From Terriglobales bacterium (GTDB lineage Bacteria > Acidobacteriota > Terriglobia > Terriglobales > Acidobacteriaceae), in assembly GCA_015655195.1 (NCBI GenBank), contig JAATFM010000291.1, positions 1 through 61,115 of the forward strand: a DNA stretch of 61,115 nt, read 5' to 3'. Positions 39,148 through 48,733 of this stretch are shown piece after piece. The position numbers and the translations under genes were made by a program. The first letter of the stretch is position 1, and every line of letters starts with the position of its first letter. Under the pieces are notes generated by a model. The model was given only the letters and a program-made list of their open reading frames with translations, had not been told where the DNA came from and made no database searches.

Positions 39148-40239
39148 CTAAAAGAATCGCTTCAGCCGCAGAATCTTTGATTCAAAGCCGTACCAGAGCG
39201 CCGCGGCCACGGCGGTCGAGGCCGTTACGCGCATTGCCACCACGGCCAGATTGCCGGGCGTGCCGAAGGCGGCGAGCCTGGTATTGAACCAGCCGAGATA
39301 GATAAAGACGAAGATGTGCGTCATGTAGAGGCCGTAGCTGATTTTGCCGTAGAAGGGCAGCGGGCCACGCCTAAGAAGCGCATTGAAGGGGCTGCCGGAG
39401 CCGGTGGATGCGATTGCGGCCAGCAATGTGCCGCCGAAGCCGACCGTCAGCGCGGAATCGAGAAAAATCGTGCCGCCGGCGAAGGTTGCTGCCGCTGAAA
39501 AGCCAAGCCCCATGCCAATGCAGCCCAGCATCAGCCATATACGGCGGTCCAGCCGGAGCGCGTGCAGCGCGAGCCCTACGAGGCTTCCCATCGCGATTCC
39601 GTCGAGATGCGTCACGGTGTGTGTGGAAGTAAACCAGGAGAAGTGCTGCATGCGCATCAGCGGCGAACCTGCCAGCGTTGCTGCAAGAAGCAGCGCCAGC
39701 AGCCACGGGCGTTTCAAATAACGCACCATTGGCGCCCAGAGCAGGTAATACTGCTCTTCAATCGCCAGAGACCACGTTGGTCCGAGCGCCGGTGGCATCG
39801 GCAGTGGAAGCAGATTCTGCACCAGCAGCACGTAGGCCCACCACGGCACGGTGCGAACTGCCGCCGTTGTCGGGTCGGGGCCGAAGGTGGCCCACTGTAT
39901 GACGTAAGCTGCCAGCGCCAGCAGGTACAACGGCCAGATGCGGAGCAGGCGCCGGCCATAGAAGTTTCGGAAATAGTGCGGCTTTTTCTGGGATTCGAGA
40001 AGAATCGACGTGATCAGAAAGCCGGAGAGAACGAAGAAGAGCGTTACGCCCGCCCAGCCCCACAGCGCCGCTTCGTGGGCCGGCGTGCCGACGAGAAACG
40101 GATGGCAGTGGTAGACGAGAACGCCGAGCACTGCCAGGCCGCGGAGACCGTCAAGCTCGGGAATGCGGGCGGGCAGCCACGATGGGCGCTGTGTTGCCAC
40201 GGCGGAGTTCGACACGGCTTCTGCTTCCATCGCCTGCAT
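39148..40239 (-). CDS. Acyltransferase family 3 (OafA-like)
   Basis: LDGLRGLAV, GVTLFFVLSGFLI, FYGRRLLRIWP, WSLAIEEQYY and GKISYGLY. Confidence 0.92.
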   Translation of the reverse strand: MQAMEAEAVSNSAVATQRPSWLPARIPELDGLRGLAVLGVLVYHCHPFLVGTPAHEAALWGWAGVTLFFVLSGFLITSILLESQKKPHYFRNFYGRRLLRIWPLYLLALAAYVIQWATFGPDPTTAAVRTVPWWAYVLLVQNLLPLPMPPALGPTWSLAIEEQYYLLWAPMVRYLKRPWLLALLLAATLAGSPLMRMQHFSWFTSTHTVTHLDGIAMGSLVGLALHALRLDRRIWLMLGCIGMGLGFSAAATFAGGTIFLDSALTVGFGGTLLAAIASTGSGSPFNALLRRGPLPFYGKISYGLYMTHIFVFIYLGWFNTRLAAFGTPGNLAVVAMRVTASTAVAAALWYGFESKILRLKRFF

Positions 40240-40255
40240 GGGAATGTATGCCGCC

Positions 40256-41110
40256 TTATCCGGCCGCCAGTTGCTTGGCCCGCTCCGTGGCCCGCATTAC
40301 GGCCTTGATGAGCGTTACGCGCAGACCGCCTTCTTCGAGCTCCAGAATGCCATCCACTGTGCAGCCCGCCGGGGTCGTTACCGCGTCCTTGAGCAGCGCC
40401 GGATGATAGCCGGTCTCAAGCACCATCTTGCCCGCGCCAAAGACGGTCTGCGCGGCCAGCAGAGTCGCCGTGTCGCGCGGCAGGCCCACCTTTACGCCAG
40501 CTTCGGCCAGCGCTTCGATAATGATGTAAATGTAGGCCGGGCCGGAGGCGGACAGGCCTGTTACCGCGTCCATGTGCTTCTCGTCGACGGTGACGGTGCG
40601 GCCCACGGTCTCGAATATTCGTTCGGCCAGTTCCATCTGCTCCGGTTTCACAAAGCGCCCCTTGCAGAGGCCGGTTGCACCGGCTCCCAGGGCGGAAGGT
40701 GTGTTTGGCATGGCGCGGATAACGGCAATTTCAAGGCCGGCGGCTTCTTCGATTGCCTGCGTCTTGACGCTTGCGGCAAAGGAGACGATGGTTTTGGCCG
40801 GCGTCAGCGCGGGCTTGATCTTCTCGATCAGGTCGGGCACCTGGAAGGGTTTTACGCCGAGCAGAATCAGGTCCGCCTGCTTCGCCGCGGCCAGGTTGTC
40901 CGTCGATACATCCACGCCCCACTGCGAACTCAGCGCGACGGCCCGCTCGGCGTGCGCCACGGTGGCGTGAATCTGCTCGGCATCAAAAAGGTTCTGCTTG
41001 AGAAAGGCCTGCAGCAGAATGCCGCCCATCTTGCCGGCGCCAAGCAGCGCCACGCGAACATTGGGGAACTGGGCCGGCGTTTGCGCCGCCTCTACTGCGA
41101 TTTCTGCCAT
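40256..41110 (-). CDS. proC: Pyrroline-5-carboxylate reductase
   Basis: LGAGKMG, VKP, RAMPNTP, TGLSASGPAY and VTTPAGCT. Confidence 0.95.
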   Translation of the reverse strand: MAEIAVEAAQTPAQFPNVRVALLGAGKMGGILLQAFLKQNLFDAEQIHATVAHAERAVALSSQWGVDVSTDNLAAAKQADLILLGVKPFQVPDLIEKIKPALTPAKTIVSFAASVKTQAIEEAAGLEIAVIRAMPNTPSALGAGATGLCKGRFVKPEQMELAERIFETVGRTVTVDEKHMDAVTGLSASGPAYIYIIIEALAEAGVKVGLPRDTATLLAAQTVFGAGKMVLETGYHPALLKDAVTTPAGCTVDGILELEEGGLRVTLIKAVMRATERAKQLAAG

Positions 41111-41195
41111 TGTCGTCCTTGCTTCCGGGGAGGGAATCGTCGTGCTCTCATCAGAATACGCCTCATTTTGATGCGAAATGCCCGGTTTTACTTCA

Positions 41196-41323
41196 GGTAG
41201 TGGGCAGTTTGGAAGCAGGCGTTAAATCCCCCGCTCATATGTGGCTTGTTCGGCAGCCGGAGATAAATCCCCGGCCTACCAGTCGCGCCTTGTTACAAAG
41301 CAAATTCAAGCTGACCGACTACC
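41196..41323 (+). mobile_element. MITE-like GGTAG-shell element carrying a GATAAATCCCC-type REP
   Basis: Ends GGTAGTGGGCAGTTTGGA / TTCAAGCTGACCGACTACC; internal GCCGGAGATAAATCCCCGGCCTACC. Confidence 0.65.
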
Positions 41324-41339
41324 TTCGAAATGCCGGCTT

Positions 41340-42338
41340 TTACTCCAGCACTACCTCGGGAAGCTGCTCCGGATCTCGCCCTCGCGCCGTCATTGCCACC
41401 GCCGCGCCCACGATCAAGCCTCCTCCAAGCCACGCATACGGTCCCAGGTGTTCGCCGAGCAGCTTTACGCCGAGGATTGAGCCCAGCGCAGGCTCGATGT
41501 TCAGAAAAACCCCGGCGCGGGAGGCTGGCACATGATGAATCCCCCAGTTCCACAGGAGCGTTGTGGTCGCCGTGCAGGCGAGGCCGCTGACTGCCAGTGC
41601 GATCCATGCGGTCGCGCTTAGACGGGCGAAGGGCATTGGCGCGCTGGCGTTGGGAATTCCGAGCTGCGCGCAGAGCGGCTTTGCGGCCAGCGGCGTCAGA
41701 ATCCATGCGGCCAGCATCAGCGTTCCGGCCAGAATTGTGTAGGCCGTTACCACGGGCGGACTGTGCCGGGCCATGAGCTTTTTACTGAGCAGAACCCACC
41801 ACAGCGCCGTTACCAGCGAGGCTACAACGAGCAGGTCGCCGGCGAGGCTAGGCTCCCCGTGTCCGGTTCCCGCGTGGCCTGCGCCATGCGCTCCGCCCAG
41901 CGTTACCAGCACCGCGCCGGCTGTGGAGCCGGCCAGCGCCAGCCAGCCCATCCAATCCAGCCGCTCGCCGGCAAAGAGCGCTGCGGCCACGGCCAGCAGC
42001 ACCGGCATAGAGCCCACCATCAGGGCGGCGTGGCTCACCGTTGTCCGCGCCAGACCGTGAAACTGAAGCAGAAACTGCACTGGAATTCCGAGCGCGGCTG
42101 AGACGAGCAGCATCTTCAGCTCGCCTGGCGTGAACCGAACGCGATGCCGCAGCAGCACCGGCAGCATTCCCAGCAGGGCGAAGAAGAAGCGGTAGAGAAC
42201 CATGTACTCCACGCTCATCTCGTTCAGCGCCAGCCGTCCGAAGTAAAACCCCGTGCCCCACAGGCAGCCCGCCGCGGCGCAGGCTCCGTATCCCAGCCAG
42301 TGCGCGGCCGGCCGCTTGCTTCCGACTATCTCGCTCAT
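41340..42338 (-). CDS. EamA/DMT family transporter
   Basis: About ten TM helices in two repeats; LWG, RF, GLART, GERL, GDLL and LLGEHL. Confidence 0.9.
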   Translation of the reverse strand: MSEIVGSKRPAAHWLGYGACAAAGCLWGTGFYFGRLALNEMSVEYMVLYRFFFALLGMLPVLLRHRVRFTPGELKMLLVSAALGIPVQFLLQFHGLARTTVSHAALMVGSMPVLLAVAAALFAGERLDWMGWLALAGSTAGAVLVTLGGAHGAGHAGTGHGEPSLAGDLLVVASLVTALWWVLLSKKLMARHSPPVVTAYTILAGTLMLAAWILTPLAAKPLCAQLGIPNASAPMPFARLSATAWIALAVSGLACTATTTLLWNWGIHHVPASRAGVFLNIEPALGSILGVKLLGEHLGPYAWLGGGLIVGAAVAMTARGRDPEQLPEVVLE

Positions 42339-42441
42339 CGCTGCCTCTAATTTCGCATACGGGAGGCCGGCGATCAGTTGTCAGCTTTTCTATTCTCTGC
42401 CCCCTGTTCCCTCATCGCTCCGCCCTGCGACAATATCTCCG

Positions 42442-43803
42442 ATGAGATGCCTGCCACGAAGAGCGATTCCGGTCGCAGCGACCCCCCGCGTTCTGCCGCG
42501 CGCTTTGGCTCGCGTCCCGGTTCGCGTTCCGGCTTGCTTTGCGCTGGCGGCTTTGCTCGCTCCGTTGGCTTTTGCCTTCCGGCACAAACCCGCGCCGGCT
42601 CCGCCGCCCGTCCGCTCCTCGCAGCCGCCTTCCTGCACTATCCCCGTCTCGCAGATTGGTTTCGCGGCGCCCGGCGATTACTACCTCGGCGAGCGTCATG
42701 CGCTCGTCTCGCTGGATTTTCTCGACGAAAACCGTCTCCTTTTCACCTTTCGCGTTCCCGGCCTCGTGCGCCGCGATCCCAAGGGCCAGCCCGAAGAAAC
42801 CGAGCGTCACATCCGCGCCGTTGTCCTCCGGATTCCGGACGGCACAGTGCAGGCCGAGGCACTCTGGACCGTCCACGACCGCGAGCGCTACCTCTACATG
42901 CTCGATTCCGGCCAGTTCCTGTTCCGCGACCGCAACACTATCCAGGTTGGCGACTCCAGCCTCCAACTCGCTCCCTGGCTTCGTTTCCCCGGACCGCTTC
43001 TCGGGCTTCAGCTTAATCCGGAGCGCGATCTTCTCCTCGCCGACTCCCGCGAGCCTGCCTCCAGGCAGCCCGGTTCCGGTGATGTGACTGCGCCTGATAC
43101 CGCGCGGGCCTCCGTTACTTCTGATAGCGATTCGAGCGATGCGCCAGCCGCGGCCCCCGACCTGGTTCTCCGCATCCTTCGCCGTTCCGGCCCGAATTCC
43201 GGGCAGGTTCTGCTCACCAGCCGGGTTCGCACCGCCGTGCGCCTGCCCTTCAACTCCCAGGGCTACATCGAACCCCTCCGCTCCCGCGATCCGCAGTGGC
43301 TGCTCGCTCTCGACTATTTCACCGGCGGTAGCAGCCGCATCGGCGTCGTCGATTCCGAGTGCGTTCCCGGCCTCGACTTTCTCTCGACCAGCGAATTCCT
43401 CGCCTCCATCTGCAACGGCTCCGGAACCCGCAGCCTTGTCGCCCTCACGCTCGACGGCAGGCGACTATGGCAGTTTCAGGGCAGCGACACCGCCGTCTGG
43501 CCGCTCCTTGCCGTCAGCCGCAACGGCTCGCGTTTGGCCCGCGAGACCCTCCTCGCCAGCCACGCCGTCAATGCCATGACTCCGCTGGGCTCCGGCGACA
43601 TTCTCGGCCAGGAGGTTCTTGTCCTCGACGCCGCTACCGGCAATATCGCGCTGCGCGCCCAGGCCAGCCCCATCTTCGATGCCGGCGGCAACGTTGCGCT
43701 CTCCCCCTCCGGCCGCCGTGCCGCCGTCGTCATGGCGGATGGAATCGAGGTCTTCGACCTGCCAGCCCCGCCCCCGCTCAGCGCCGTCGCCGCTCTCAAA
43801 TAA
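42442..43803 (+). CDS. Hypothetical secreted protein, beta-propeller-like
   Basis: Long ORF with coding-like codon bias, a hydrophobic N-terminal segment and blade-like ends (VSRNGSRLA, LSPSGRRAAV); start uncertain. Confidence 0.65.
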   Translation: MRCLPRRAIPVAATPRVLPRALARVPVRVPACFALAALLAPLAFAFRHKPAPAPPPVRSSQPPSCTIPVSQIGFAAPGDYYLGERHALVSLDFLDENRLLFTFRVPGLVRRDPKGQPEETERHIRAVVLRIPDGTVQAEALWTVHDRERYLYMLDSGQFLFRDRNTIQVGDSSLQLAPWLRFPGPLLGLQLNPERDLLLADSREPASRQPGSGDVTAPDTARASVTSDSDSSDAPAAAPDLVLRILRRSGPNSGQVLLTSRVRTAVRLPFNSQGYIEPLRSRDPQWLLALDYFTGGSSRIGVVDSECVPGLDFLSTSEFLASICNGSGTRSLVALTLDGRRLWQFQGSDTAVWPLLAVSRNGSRLARETLLASHAVNAMTPLGSGDILGQEVLVLDAATGNIALRAQASPIFDAGGNVALSPSGRRAAVVMADGIEVFDLPAPPPLSAVAALK

Positions 43804-43896
43804 CCCAGGTCTTCCGGCCAGGGATAACCGCTCGCTTTGTTTTTCAGTGCCAATTGTGCCTGTACGGGTTTACACTGGCTGACGGGAGTTTTTGTC

Positions 43897-44634
43897 GTGG
43901 CTACCGCAGTCGTGCGCTTCGTCGCAGCAGCCCTCACCGATCGCGGCCGTAAGCGTGCCTCCAATGAAGATGCTTTCGGCTACTCCGTCGAGGACGGCGT
44001 TTACGTCGTGTGCGACGGCATGGGCGGGGCCGCGGCCGGCGAGGTTGCAAGCTCTATCGCCGTCGACGAGGTGCTGCGCGTCTTCTCCGAGCGCAACGGC
44101 TCGGCCGTGCTGCCCGCCGACGCCGAAGAGGCCATCTCAATTGCCAATGAGGCCATTTACTCCCGCGCCAGCCGCAATTACAAGCTCAGCGGCATGGGAA
44201 CCACTCTTGTCGCGGCCATCGTTCGCAACCAGCACGTCTGGATTCTCAACATCGGCGACAGCCGCTGTTACCGTCTCCGTGCCGGCCAGTTGGAGCAGCT
44301 TACTCTCGACCACTCTCTCGTCGAAGAGCAGGTCCGCCTGGGCCGCATGACTCACGCGCAGGCCCTGCGCTCCCCGCTCCGCAATATGATTACCCGCGCC
44401 CTCGGCACGCAGTCCCACGTCACGCCCGACTGTTTCGACTTCGACGCCCAGCCCGGCGACCTGCTGTTACTCTGCTCCGACGGCCTCACCCGCGAACTCT
44501 CCGATGCGCTGATCGCCTCGCTCGTATCGATCGACCTGCCGCTCGAAGACCGCTGCGGCAGCCTCATCGAAGCCGCCAAAAAGGCCGGCGGCCACGACAA
44601 CATTACCTGCGTTCTGATCCAGGCCACGGCCTGA
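43897..44634 (+). CDS. PP2C/Stp1-family Ser/Thr protein phosphatase
   Basis: TDRGRKRASNEDA, VVCDGMGG, GMGTT, IGDSRCY, LLCSDGL and GGHDNIT. Confidence 0.93.
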   Translation: MATAVVRFVAAALTDRGRKRASNEDAFGYSVEDGVYVVCDGMGGAAAGEVASSIAVDEVLRVFSERNGSAVLPADAEEAISIANEAIYSRASRNYKLSGMGTTLVAAIVRNQHVWILNIGDSRCYRLRAGQLEQLTLDHSLVEEQVRLGRMTHAQALRSPLRNMITRALGTQSHVTPDCFDFDAQPGDLLLLCSDGLTRELSDALIASLVSIDLPLEDRCGSLIEAAKKAGGHDNITCVLIQATA

Positions 44635-44700
44635 CGCCGCTGGAATTCTGATCTGTCGTGGTTTTGAAAGCGCGCTGCTTTAGGCGGTATGGAAAACCAT

Positions 44701-45147
44701 CTAATTCGGACGGCCTGTTGGTCCCTGCCGCCGTCGGAAGCGGTCATCTACCGGCTGCCGGCCCTGAAAGCCCGATTCCACCGTATGCCAGTGTTCGATG
44801 GCAGGCTCGCCCATCCGCCAGCAGAGCAGAACAACCTCGTCCTCCAGCCGGAAAGGGAAGTCCAGCAGCCCGGTTTCGAGATCCTTGACCTGTACGCCGA
44901 TGGCGTCAATCTCGGCCAGCGTCTCTTTTGCCTGCTGAACATGCTGTTCGATCTCGGCCCGGTCCCGCGCCACTGCCGTCACGTCTACCCTCATCCCGCC
45001 GGAGAGATAGATTTGCCGGTTCAGCTCCTGTAGCCGGCCCTCCACCAGCTCGGCAGCCTGCTTGCCCTCGATGGCGCGCTTCATGAGCGACTCCAGAACA
45101 GGCAAGAGCGATTGTGCTTCGTCGAGTGTGAAGGTCTTCATCGGCAT
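44701..45147 (-). CDS. DUF2203-like protein
   Basis: FTLDEAQSLLP, GVQVKDLETGLLDFP, LCWRMGE, WH and GFQGRQP. Confidence 0.85.
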   Translation of the reverse strand: MPMKTFTLDEAQSLLPVLESLMKRAIEGKQAAELVEGRLQELNRQIYLSGGMRVDVTAVARDRAEIEQHVQQAKETLAEIDAIGVQVKDLETGLLDFPFRLEDEVVLLCWRMGEPAIEHWHTVESGFQGRQPVDDRFRRRQGPTGRPN

Positions 45148-45269
45148 GGTTCCACTGACTCTAGGATAACTCTGACGTGCTGGTCGAACCCAGGTCAATA
45201 CGCCATGGCAAAGTTAGGGAAATTCCTTGACCTTCCTAAACTCTCCGTATTTCGGAAAAATTGTCGGGT

Positions 45270-46391
45270 CTACTTAGCCTCCAGCATTCGGTCCAGCGCC
45301 ACGCGCGCCCATTCTTTCACGCTCTTTCGCACTGCGATGCGGTTCACTACGCGGCCTTCAACGAGGTTTTCGAGCGCCCAGGCGAGGTGCTGCGGGCTGA
45401 TGCGGTACATCGTCGTGCAGAGGCAGCCGGTGTCATCGAGCGTGATGATTTTCTTGCCTTCGGTGGCGAACCGCCGGGCGAGCCGGTTGACGAGGTGAAT
45501 TTCGGTGCCGATGGCGAACATTGTTCCCGCCGGGGCCTGCTCCACAGTCGCGATCAACTGCTCGGTTGAGCCCATGGCATCGGCCTTCTGGCAGACTTCC
45601 CAGCGGCACTCGGGGTGCACGATGACCTGAATTCCAGGGTACTTGGCCCGCACCGCGTCTACGTGGCCGGGCAGGAAGCGCTGGTGCACGGAGCAGTGGC
45701 CTTTCCAGAGCAGGATTTTCGTCGCTGCAAGATCCTTTGCGGACAGGCCGCCCGCAAGGCCCCACGGGTCCCAGACTTTCATTTCGTCGAGCGGGATTCC
45801 CATTGTGTAGCCGGTGTTGCGGCCCAGGTGCTGGTCGGGCAGGAAGAGAATTCGCTTTCCGCGTTGAAAGGCCCATTCGAAGGCTTGCCGCGCGTTGGAG
45901 GAGGTGCAAACCAGCCCGCCGTGCTCGCCGCAGAAGGCCTTGATGGCGGCGGAGGAATTCATGTAGGTGATTGGAATGATCTCGTCCGAAATGCCGGTGC
46001 GCGCAAGCGCGTCCCAGCAGGCTTCGACCTGCGAGATTTCGGCCATGTCGGCCATAGAGCAGCCGGCATTCAGGTCGGGCAAAATCACCTGTTGGGATTC
46101 CCGGCCCAGCACATCGGCGCTTTCGGCCATGAAGTGCACTCCGCAGAAGACGATATACTTCGCATCGGTCTCCGCCGCGACCTTCGAGAGTTTGTAGCTG
46201 TCGCCGGTGAAGTCGGCAAAGCGAATTACCTCGTCGCGCTGGTAGTGATGGCCGAGCAGGATAGTCGAAGAGCCGAGCCTGGCACGCGCTGCCGCTATGC
46301 GCTCGTCCATTGTGTGATCGGGAAGCTGAAGATAGTTCTCAAGACTGCACGCCTCTGCAGCCTGTGCCTGTTCGTCCAAAACCAGAGTCAC
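45270..46391 (-). CDS. nadA: Quinolinate synthase
   Basis: LGHHYQ, GDSYKLS, VFCGVHFMAE, AGCSMA, CTSSNA, HPEC, GTE and CLCTTM. Confidence 0.96.
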   Translation of the reverse strand: MTLVLDEQAQAAEACSLENYLQLPDHTMDERIAAARARLGSSTILLGHHYQRDEVIRFADFTGDSYKLSKVAAETDAKYIVFCGVHFMAESADVLGRESQQVILPDLNAGCSMADMAEISQVEACWDALARTGISDEIIPITYMNSSAAIKAFCGEHGGLVCTSSNARQAFEWAFQRGKRILFLPDQHLGRNTGYTMGIPLDEMKVWDPWGLAGGLSAKDLAATKILLWKGHCSVHQRFLPGHVDAVRAKYPGIQVIVHPECRWEVCQKADAMGSTEQLIATVEQAPAGTMFAIGTEIHLVNRLARRFATEGKKIITLDDTGCLCTTMYRISPQHLAWALENLVEGRVVNRIAVRKSVKEWARVALDRMLEAK

Positions 46392-46399
46392 TGTGTTCC

Positions 46400-46529
46400 G
46401 CCTTCAGTTCTACCGGCCGTCTTGCTGGTCCGGCGAACGGGGATGTTGAAAGCCAATTCCGGCCGCAGTGAGCGCCTGCACCTTGCCGTTCTTCCGGCTC
46501 GGAGCCCGCCCACGGGGATGTTGCAGCCC
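46400..46529 (-). ncRNA. NAD+-I (nadA motif) riboswitch, tandem two-domain
   Basis: Minus strand GGCUGCAACAUCCCCGUGGG...CUCACUGCGGCC then GCUUUCAACAUCCCCGUUC...GAACUGAAGGC. The CAACAUCCCCGU core occurs twice, directly 5' of nadA, and the second domain's 3' strand overlaps the RBS. Confidence 0.88.
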
Positions 46530-46631
46530 GTGCATTAATCGATGCGGCAGCATCGGCTAATGATTCAGGTCCGATGCGCGGCATTTGAGATTATTGTAAT
46601 GCAAATACGGCCCGATTCAGGGAACGGGAAG

Positions 46632-46709
46632 CATTCCCTCGGGGGCTCAAGCCCGTTTCGTTTGTGGCGTTTAACGTACGGGCTCATACCTTTCAAATTG
46701 ACCGACTAC
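46632..46709 (+). repeat. GGGCTAAAGCCC-type REP doublet with one GGTAG-shell end
   Basis: CATTCCCTCGGGGGCTCAAGCCC...GTACGGGCTCATACC-TTTCAAATTGACCGACTAC; homologous to 22790-22869 and 59641-59713. Confidence 0.7.
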
Positions 46710-46737
46710 AGGGGATGCTCGCCAGCAGGAGGAAATT

Positions 46738-47232
46738 GTGAACGAACTCGAACGCGCGCTTGTCGGCAACAGCGCACATACGCCGCCTTCCCACATTCTG
46801 GAAGGGCTCACCGACGAGCTTGTCCATCGCCTGCCGGACGGGGCGCCGCGCTCGATTTATGAGGAGTTGTGGCACATCTGTTTCTGGCAGCAGATTACGC
46901 TCGAATGGATTGCCGGCACGGAAACTCCCTATCCGGACAGTCCGCGGGATGCCTTTCCCACCGTTCAGGACGCCGAGCGGGAATACTGGCCTCAGCTTTG
47001 CGAACGCCTCTTGGCCGGCAGCCGCCGGGCCGCCGATTTGACCCAGGCTGAGGCGGGCCTCAGCCGGCTCATCCGCTGCACCTCGCATCCGCCGAATCCG
47101 CCGCGTACGATGACCGTTCGCGAGCAGTTTGAGAGCCTGGCTGCGCATAATGCTTACCACTTTGGCCGCATTGTGCTGCTGCGCCAGTTGCTTGGCGCGT
47201 GGCCGCCGCCCTCGGGCGGCTTTACGTGGTAG
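46738..47232 (+). CDS. DinB family protein
   Basis: SIYEELWHI...HNAYHFGRI metal-binding His pattern; AGGAGG RBS. Confidence 0.85.
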   Translation: MNELERALVGNSAHTPPSHILEGLTDELVHRLPDGAPRSIYEELWHICFWQQITLEWIAGTETPYPDSPRDAFPTVQDAEREYWPQLCERLLAGSRRAADLTQAEAGLSRLIRCTSHPPNPPRTMTVREQFESLAAHNAYHFGRIVLLRQLLGAWPPPSGGFTW

Positions 47233-47282
47233 CACAAACCAGGTTTGTGACCGCCCGCGGCAGGCGGGTATCATGTTCATTC

Positions 47283-47918
47283 ATGGCAACTCCTATGCCC
47301 ATCGAGCTATCGACACTCGGCATGGCCGACTCGCTGATCCTTATGGTTCTGGCGCTGGTGGTCTTTGGGCCGCGCAAGCTGCCGCAGATCGGCCGCCAGC
47401 TTGGCAAGCTCATGTACGAGTTTCGCAGGGCCTCGAACGACTTCAAGTTCCAGATGGAAGAAGAGTTGCGGCTGGCCGAGGATGCCGACCGCAGGAAGAA
47501 GGAAGAGGCCGATCGGCAGCGTGTCCTGACCGAGCAGGCTGCCGTTCACGCTCAGCCTGCCGAGCCGCTGCCGCTTGCGGCGTCCAATCCAGAGCCTGCC
47601 TATGGGGCTGAGCTTGTCGATCCCACGGTCGAATCTGCTTTGGACCCCCTTGCCGAGCCGACTCTGCCACGCCTTTCCGCACCTGTGACCGGGGCTGAAA
47701 GCAGCCCGGTGGCCAGCTTGGTTTTGCAGCCGCCGTCTACTGGGGAAGTTGTCGCCGCGGCTCGTCCTGCGGCGGCTCTTGCCGCTTCCGAGCCGTCCGC
47801 GGAAACAGCCAATGTCAATACTGAAACGCTTGCCGCAGCGGAAGTTTCCGCTCCGTCTTTGCCCGCCTCGACCACCGAATCTACCTCGCAGACGGAGACT
47901 GTAACCCAGCATGGTTGA
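47283..47918 (+). CDS. tatB: Twin-arginine translocase TatA/TatB-family subunit
   Basis: LALVVFGPRKLPQIGRQLGK amphipathic helix, long Pro/Ala tail, overlaps the tatC start. Confidence 0.8.
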   Translation: MATPMPIELSTLGMADSLILMVLALVVFGPRKLPQIGRQLGKLMYEFRRASNDFKFQMEEELRLAEDADRRKKEEADRQRVLTEQAAVHAQPAEPLPLAASNPEPAYGAELVDPTVESALDPLAEPTLPRLSAPVTGAESSPVASLVLQPPSTGEVVAAARPAAALAASEPSAETANVNTETLAAAEVSAPSLPASTTESTSQTETVTQHG

Positions 47919-48723
47919 TCCGGTAGATGCAATCGGCAAGGCTCGGGCCGCCGTGACCGAGCGCGTGGAGCTGCCCGGCATGAGCCTCATGGAGCACCTT
48001 GAGGAGCTGCGCAAGCGCATCATTCATTCGGCGATCTATCTTGCGCTTGGCTTTTTCACGGCTTTCTACTTCCATGAACAGCTTTTCAGCATTGTGCAGA
48101 TTCCGTTGGACCGGCTGCATCTGCCCGTTACCAACAAGCTGAACTACATGCACCCCATGGACCCAATGAACTATTACATGTATGTATCGTTCGTTGGGGG
48201 CGCCATTCTGGCCTCGCCGTTTGTGCTCTACCAGGTGTGGCTGTTTATTGCGCCAGGGCTGTATCAAAAGGAAAAGCGCTTTGTGGTGCCGTTCATGGCG
48301 GCCACCGTCGGGCTGTTTCTCGCCGGCGCCAGCTTCGGTTATTTCTTCGTGCTCCCCGGCGCTCTCAAGGTGCTGATTGTCGGCTTCGGCAGCAGGTTCA
48401 ATCCCGTTATCACGGTGGAGGATTACACCAGCTTTTTCCTCTCCGTTATCCTCGGCCTTGGCATCAGCTTCGAGTTGCCGATTCTCATCTTCTTTCTGGC
48501 GATGTTCGGCATTGTCAGCCCAAAGTTTCTCTGGAAGAACATCCGCTACGCGATTCTCCTCATCTTTATCGTCGCGGCGGTGATTACGCCCAGCCCCGAT
48601 CCGTGGACGATGTGCATCTATGCGCTGCCGATGCTGGCCTTGTACATGATCGGCATTGCGGTGGCGTGGTGGGTGCATCCGGATCGGCGGCGCAAAAAGG
48701 AAAATGCGGCTGCTGCCGCGTGA
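47911..48723 (+). CDS. tatC: Twin-arginine translocase subunit TatC
   Basis: MSLMEHLEELRKRI, YQVWLFIAPGLY, FELP and AAVITPSPD. Confidence 0.96.
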   Translation: MVDPVDAIGKARAAVTERVELPGMSLMEHLEELRKRIIHSAIYLALGFFTAFYFHEQLFSIVQIPLDRLHLPVTNKLNYMHPMDPMNYYMYVSFVGGAILASPFVLYQVWLFIAPGLYQKEKRFVVPFMAATVGLFLAGASFGYFFVLPGALKVLIVGFGSRFNPVITVEDYTSFFLSVILGLGISFELPILIFFLAMFGIVSPKFLWKNIRYAILLIFIVAAVITPSPDPWTMCIYALPMLALYMIGIAVAWWVHPDRRRKKENAAAAA

Positions 48724-48733
48724 GGCGGATTCC

